Assembly: GCA_049969675.1 (NCBI GenBank) | Contig: JBMFOP010000033.1 | Span: 1 to 30,301, forward strand | Length of the DNA stretch: 30,301 nt | Source of the DNA: Myxococcota bacterium | Lineage (GTDB): Bacteria > Myxococcota > SpSt-1050 | Direction: 5' to 3' | Part shown: positions 27,126 to 30,301 of the stretch, piece by piece | Numbering within the stretch: the stretch's first letter is position 1 | How the letters are laid out: each line of letters begins with the position of its first letter | Program-made: the position numbers and the translations under genes | The notes under the pieces: generated by a model | Told to the model about the DNA's origin: nothing | The model's database searches: none | Seen by the model: the letters and a program-made list of their open reading frames with translations, nothing else

Positions 27126-28756
27126 TGCCGCTTTTAAGAGATATCTTCTATCGCAAGACAATTGATAAAATTATCTCTGATTCTGAAAATAGTGAGAGGT
27201 CACTTAAGAGGGTGCTTAAGGCATCAGACCTCATCCTTTTAGGGATTGGAGCCATTGTTGGCGCGGGGATATTTGCAACAGTAGGAACTGCTGCGGTGGG
27301 AGATACAGCAAGACCCGGTGCCGGCCCGGCACTCATAATCTCATTTATACTGACGGCTATCGCCTGTGGCTTTGCCGCACTGTGTTATGCAGAGCTTGCA
27401 TCAATGGTCCCTATCTCTGGCTCTGCATATACTTACGCCTATGCCACACTCGGACAGGTGATTGCATGGATAATAGGATGGGACCTGATTATTGAATATG
27501 CCGTCGGGAATGTAGCGGTCGCAATCAGCTGGTCGGGGTATTTTAAGGAATTGATCGCTGGGTTTGGAATCGTGATTCCCGAATGGCTTACCACGGATTA
27601 CAGGAGTGCATTTCACGGTGAGAGCATATACAGGGCAGCAACTATGATGCTCAACGGAGTAAATACAGATTTGATAAAGAATGAGTATAAAGAGGCATTT
27701 GCATATATCTCGGACCAGCTGAACAGCGGGGTGACACTGGATTTCATTCAGAACTCATTCTTATCAGCCCACAGGGCAGTTACAAATTCTCCACATATCT
27801 TCTCCATTCCCATAATATTTAATCTCCCGGCTGTTTTGATTGTTCTCGCTATTACGATTGTCCTTGTGATTGGCATAAAGGAATCCTCACGGTTCAACGC
27901 CATTATGGTTGGAATCAAGCTTCTGATACTCGGATTCTTTATAATTGTTGGCCTATTTTATGTAAAGCCAGAAAACTGGACCCCGTTTGCCCCCAACGGC
28001 TGGGCCGGAATCCACTCAGGTGCGGCTATCGTATTCTTTGCTTATATCGGTTTTGATGCAGTCTCAACCGCCGCAGAGGAGACCATAAATCCGGGCAGAA
28101 ATCTACCCATCGGAATAATAGGTTCGTTGATTATCTGCACAATAATCTATATCCTTGTTGCAGCGGTGCTGACAGGTATGATTCCACTCTCTGCATTTAC
28201 ACAATCAAATAAGGCTGAACCATTGACAGTTGCTATGAATTATCACAATCTGGGATGGGTGGCGGGTATAATATCGTTTGGCTCAATCGTAGCACACACA
28301 GCTGTACTGCTGGTCTTTCAGCTCGGTCAACCGAGGATATTCTTCTCAATGGCGAGAGATGGACTGCTTCCAGAATCCTTTGCAAAGGTTCACAGGAGAT
28401 TTAAGACACCTTATGTTACAACTATTCTTACCGGAGTTTTGGTGGCATTCTTTGCTGCGTTTACAAACATTGATGAGATGGTGGACCTCACAAATATAGG
28501 GACCCTCTTTGCATTCATCCTGGTCTGTCTGGGTGTAATTGTATTGAGGATAAGAGACCCCGGGCGCAGGAGGGCATTTAAATCACCTCTCTTTCCATTC
28601 GTACCGATTCTCGGGATGATAAGCTGTCTATATCTGATGCTCGGACTACCACATATCACATATTTAAGGTTTGCAATATGGCTCATAATTGGGCTTGTAA
28701 TATATTTCATTTACGGATATAGAAAGGCGAAGGCACTCATCAAGGAGGAGAGATGA
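27125..28756 (+). CDS. APC family amino acid permease (cationic amino acid transporter/YfnA-like)
   Basis: LGIGAIVGAGIF, CYAELASMVPISGSAY, FFAYIGFDAVSTAAEE, PRIFFSMARDG, IGTLFAF. TGATG coupling to gcvPB. Confidence 0.93.
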   Translation: MPLLRDIFYRKTIDKIISDSENSERSLKRVLKASDLILLGIGAIVGAGIFATVGTAAVGDTARPGAGPALIISFILTAIACGFAALCYAELASMVPISGSAYTYAYATLGQVIAWIIGWDLIIEYAVGNVAVAISWSGYFKELIAGFGIVIPEWLTTDYRSAFHGESIYRAATMMLNGVNTDLIKNEYKEAFAYISDQLNSGVTLDFIQNSFLSAHRAVTNSPHIFSIPIIFNLPAVLIVLAITIVLVIGIKESSRFNAIMVGIKLLILGFFIIVGLFYVKPENWTPFAPNGWAGIHSGAAIVFFAYIGFDAVSTAAEETINPGRNLPIGIIGSLIICTIIYILVAAVLTGMIPLSAFTQSNKAEPLTVAMNYHNLGWVAGIISFGSIVAHTAVLLVFQLGQPRIFFSMARDGLLPESFAKVHRRFKTPYVTTILTGVLVAFFAAFTNIDEMVDLTNIGTLFAFILVCLGVIVLRIRDPGRRRAFKSPLFPFVPILGMISCLYLMLGLPHITYLRFAIWLIIGLVIYFIYGYRKAKALIKEER

Positions 28757-29586
28757 AGAAGAGAGTGACCATAAACTATCTAATGGAGATGAAAGAGAGA
28801 CGGGAGAAGATTACGATGCTTACAGCATATGACTTCCCGACTGCGAGATTGGTGGATGAGGCTGGAGTAGACTGTATCCTCGTCGGTGATTCTCTCTCCA
28901 ATGTGGTGATGGGATATCCGGATACAAGGCCGGTGACGATGGAAGAGATGATTCATCATACAAAGATGGTCTCGCGAGCCGTAAAAAACTCCTTTCTGAT
29001 AGGCGATATGCCATTTATGAGCTATCAGGTCAGTGTGGAGGAGGCACTTAGAAATGCCTCCAGATTTATAAAAGAGGCACTCGTGGATGCTATAAAATTG
29101 GAAGGCACATATTTTGAGACTATAGAGAGGCTCACAGAGGCGGGGATCCCCGTTGTCGGGCATCTGGGGCTCACCCCACAGAGCGCCTCACTATTGGGTG
29201 GATATGTGGTTCAGGGGAAGAGTTCAGATAAGGCAAGAGAGTTGATCAAGAGTGCCGAACTAATTGAGCGTTCTGGCGCAATTATGCTTGTGCTTGAGAT
29301 GGTCCCCAAAGAGGTCTCCTCAATCATTTCAAAGAGACTCAAGATTCCAGTGATAGGGATTGGGGCCGGGATGGAGTGTGATGGGCAGGTACTTGTATTT
29401 CACGATATGCTCGGACTCGGTGGTAATTTTAAGTTCTTAAAGAAATACGCAAATCTTCAGGAGATTATTTCAAAGGCGATAAGTGAGTATATTTCAGATG
29501 TCAAACAGAAGAGATTTCCTTCAGACGAAAATTCATTCTCTATGCCAGATAGTGAGTATAAGAAACTCAAAAGATTTTATAAATAA
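28753..29586 (+). CDS. panB: 3-methyl-2-oxobutanoate hydroxymethyltransferase
   Basis: MLTAYD, LVGDSL, GDMPFMSY, KLEG, GHLGLTPQS, IGIGAG, DGQVLVFHDMLG. Confidence 0.97.
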   Translation: MKKRVTINYLMEMKERREKITMLTAYDFPTARLVDEAGVDCILVGDSLSNVVMGYPDTRPVTMEEMIHHTKMVSRAVKNSFLIGDMPFMSYQVSVEEALRNASRFIKEALVDAIKLEGTYFETIERLTEAGIPVVGHLGLTPQSASLLGGYVVQGKSSDKARELIKSAELIERSGAIMLVLEMVPKEVSSIISKRLKIPVIGIGAGMECDGQVLVFHDMLGLGGNFKFLKKYANLQEIISKAISEYISDVKQKRFPSDENSFSMPDSEYKKLKRFYK

Positions 29587-29927
29587 AGTCACTTTTACAT
29601 TAAATATTATTCCTACTGCTATCCAAAATAATCTTCTTTGAGAAGAAGTTAACTATCTATAAAATAATGAATCAGTCAGCCATAGATGGTAAAATAACAT
29701 TGCTAAAAGTTGTCCACAACAACTAAATCCCTTTATTCCTCATTCTGTCCTCCACTCTATCACAATCTTATAAAACACATCCTTTGATAATATCTGTAGA
29801 ATTTACTATGCCAATTTATCGTTTTTTTACCACCCAGAGGTTTTTTCAGAGATACTATTCAACCCTTTGCTTAAGCAGGGAGTTGACCATTTGATTCCCC
29901 AGCTTATAGTTTGTTGAGCGATACCTC

Positions 29928-30209
29928 ATTCCCATCTTTAAGAGGGGTGTCAAATATCACGTGGTATTCCCATCTTATAGAGGGGTGTCCCGAAGGGATG
30001 GGGTGTTTAATTCCCCTCTTTGTGAGGGGTCTGGGGTGTTTAGAGGGGTGTCTGCGAATACCCCGTCAACCTTCGGTTGCCACCCCTTTATTTAAAGGGG
30101 AAATAGACGGGGTGTTCATAACTACACGTCAACCTCTGGCTGCTACCTCTTATGTGAAGGGGGAACTACCCCGTCCGAATCTATCGTCCACCCATTCACG
30201 GAAGGGGAA
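29928..30209. repeat. Cluster of about 6 degenerate REP-like double-hairpin elements (TTCCCCTCTT-n-AGAGGGGTG-hairpin-CGGGGTGT)
   Basis: Forward copies at 29928-29951, 29966-30007 and 30010-30040. Inverted copies at about 30058-30104, 30123-30165 and 30167-30209. Confidence 0.75.
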
Positions 30210-30301
30210 AGGAAAAAACGATTGCAAAAGTTAAGATACATATGCGACATTAGGGATTGATGGATTTTTTATTTAAAAGCATACAGGATATTTAGTAGAA
30301 T

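Noticed and set aside
29928..30209. Possible CRISPR array
   Set aside because: Units are degenerate, occur in both orientations, are irregularly spaced, lack uniform spacers, and no cas genes are present.
29911..30234. 107-aa ORF over the right-end repeats
   Set aside because: TTG start without an SD, and the P/G/L-rich translation simply reflects the palindromic repeats.
1..30301. tRNA, rRNA, transposase, integrase or prophage genes
   Set aside because: No cloverleaf/T-loop motifs, rRNA-like tracts or recombinase motifs seen in the intergenic regions or ORFs.

Overview
AT-rich, gene-dense chromosomal segment from a diderm bacterium. A FrzS-like pseudo-receiver, a VegA-type zinc finger and a Cys-rich lipoprotein suggest Myxococcota/deltaproteobacteria; this is an inference. 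Most genes are housekeeping or metabolic: rocD, malic enzyme, aspartate kinase, cysS, gltX, porin, pyk, tilS, a parvulin lipoprotein, xdhC/mocA, gcvPB, an APC permease and panB. The best candidate for an undescribed system is at the left end (117-2128). There, a 185-aa protein combines an NHLP-like RiPP leader fold, an internal Tat-like lipoprotein signal and an acidic tail carrying two DVP-x5-GG-x3-DI repeats. It is translationally coupled to a cobalamin-binding radical SAM enzyme, which suggests a post-translationally modified, lipid-anchored 'RiPP-lipoprotein'. Other oddities are an apparently circularly permuted alkaline-phosphatase-superfamily lipoprotein, an MTA/SAH deaminase-CYTH fusion, an MBL hydrolase with two SD-equipped in-frame starts, an orphan gcvPB and a cluster of REP-like double-hairpin repeats at the right end. 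I saw no rRNA, tRNA, CRISPR array or transposase. All family calls come from motif recognition by eye; no searches were run.
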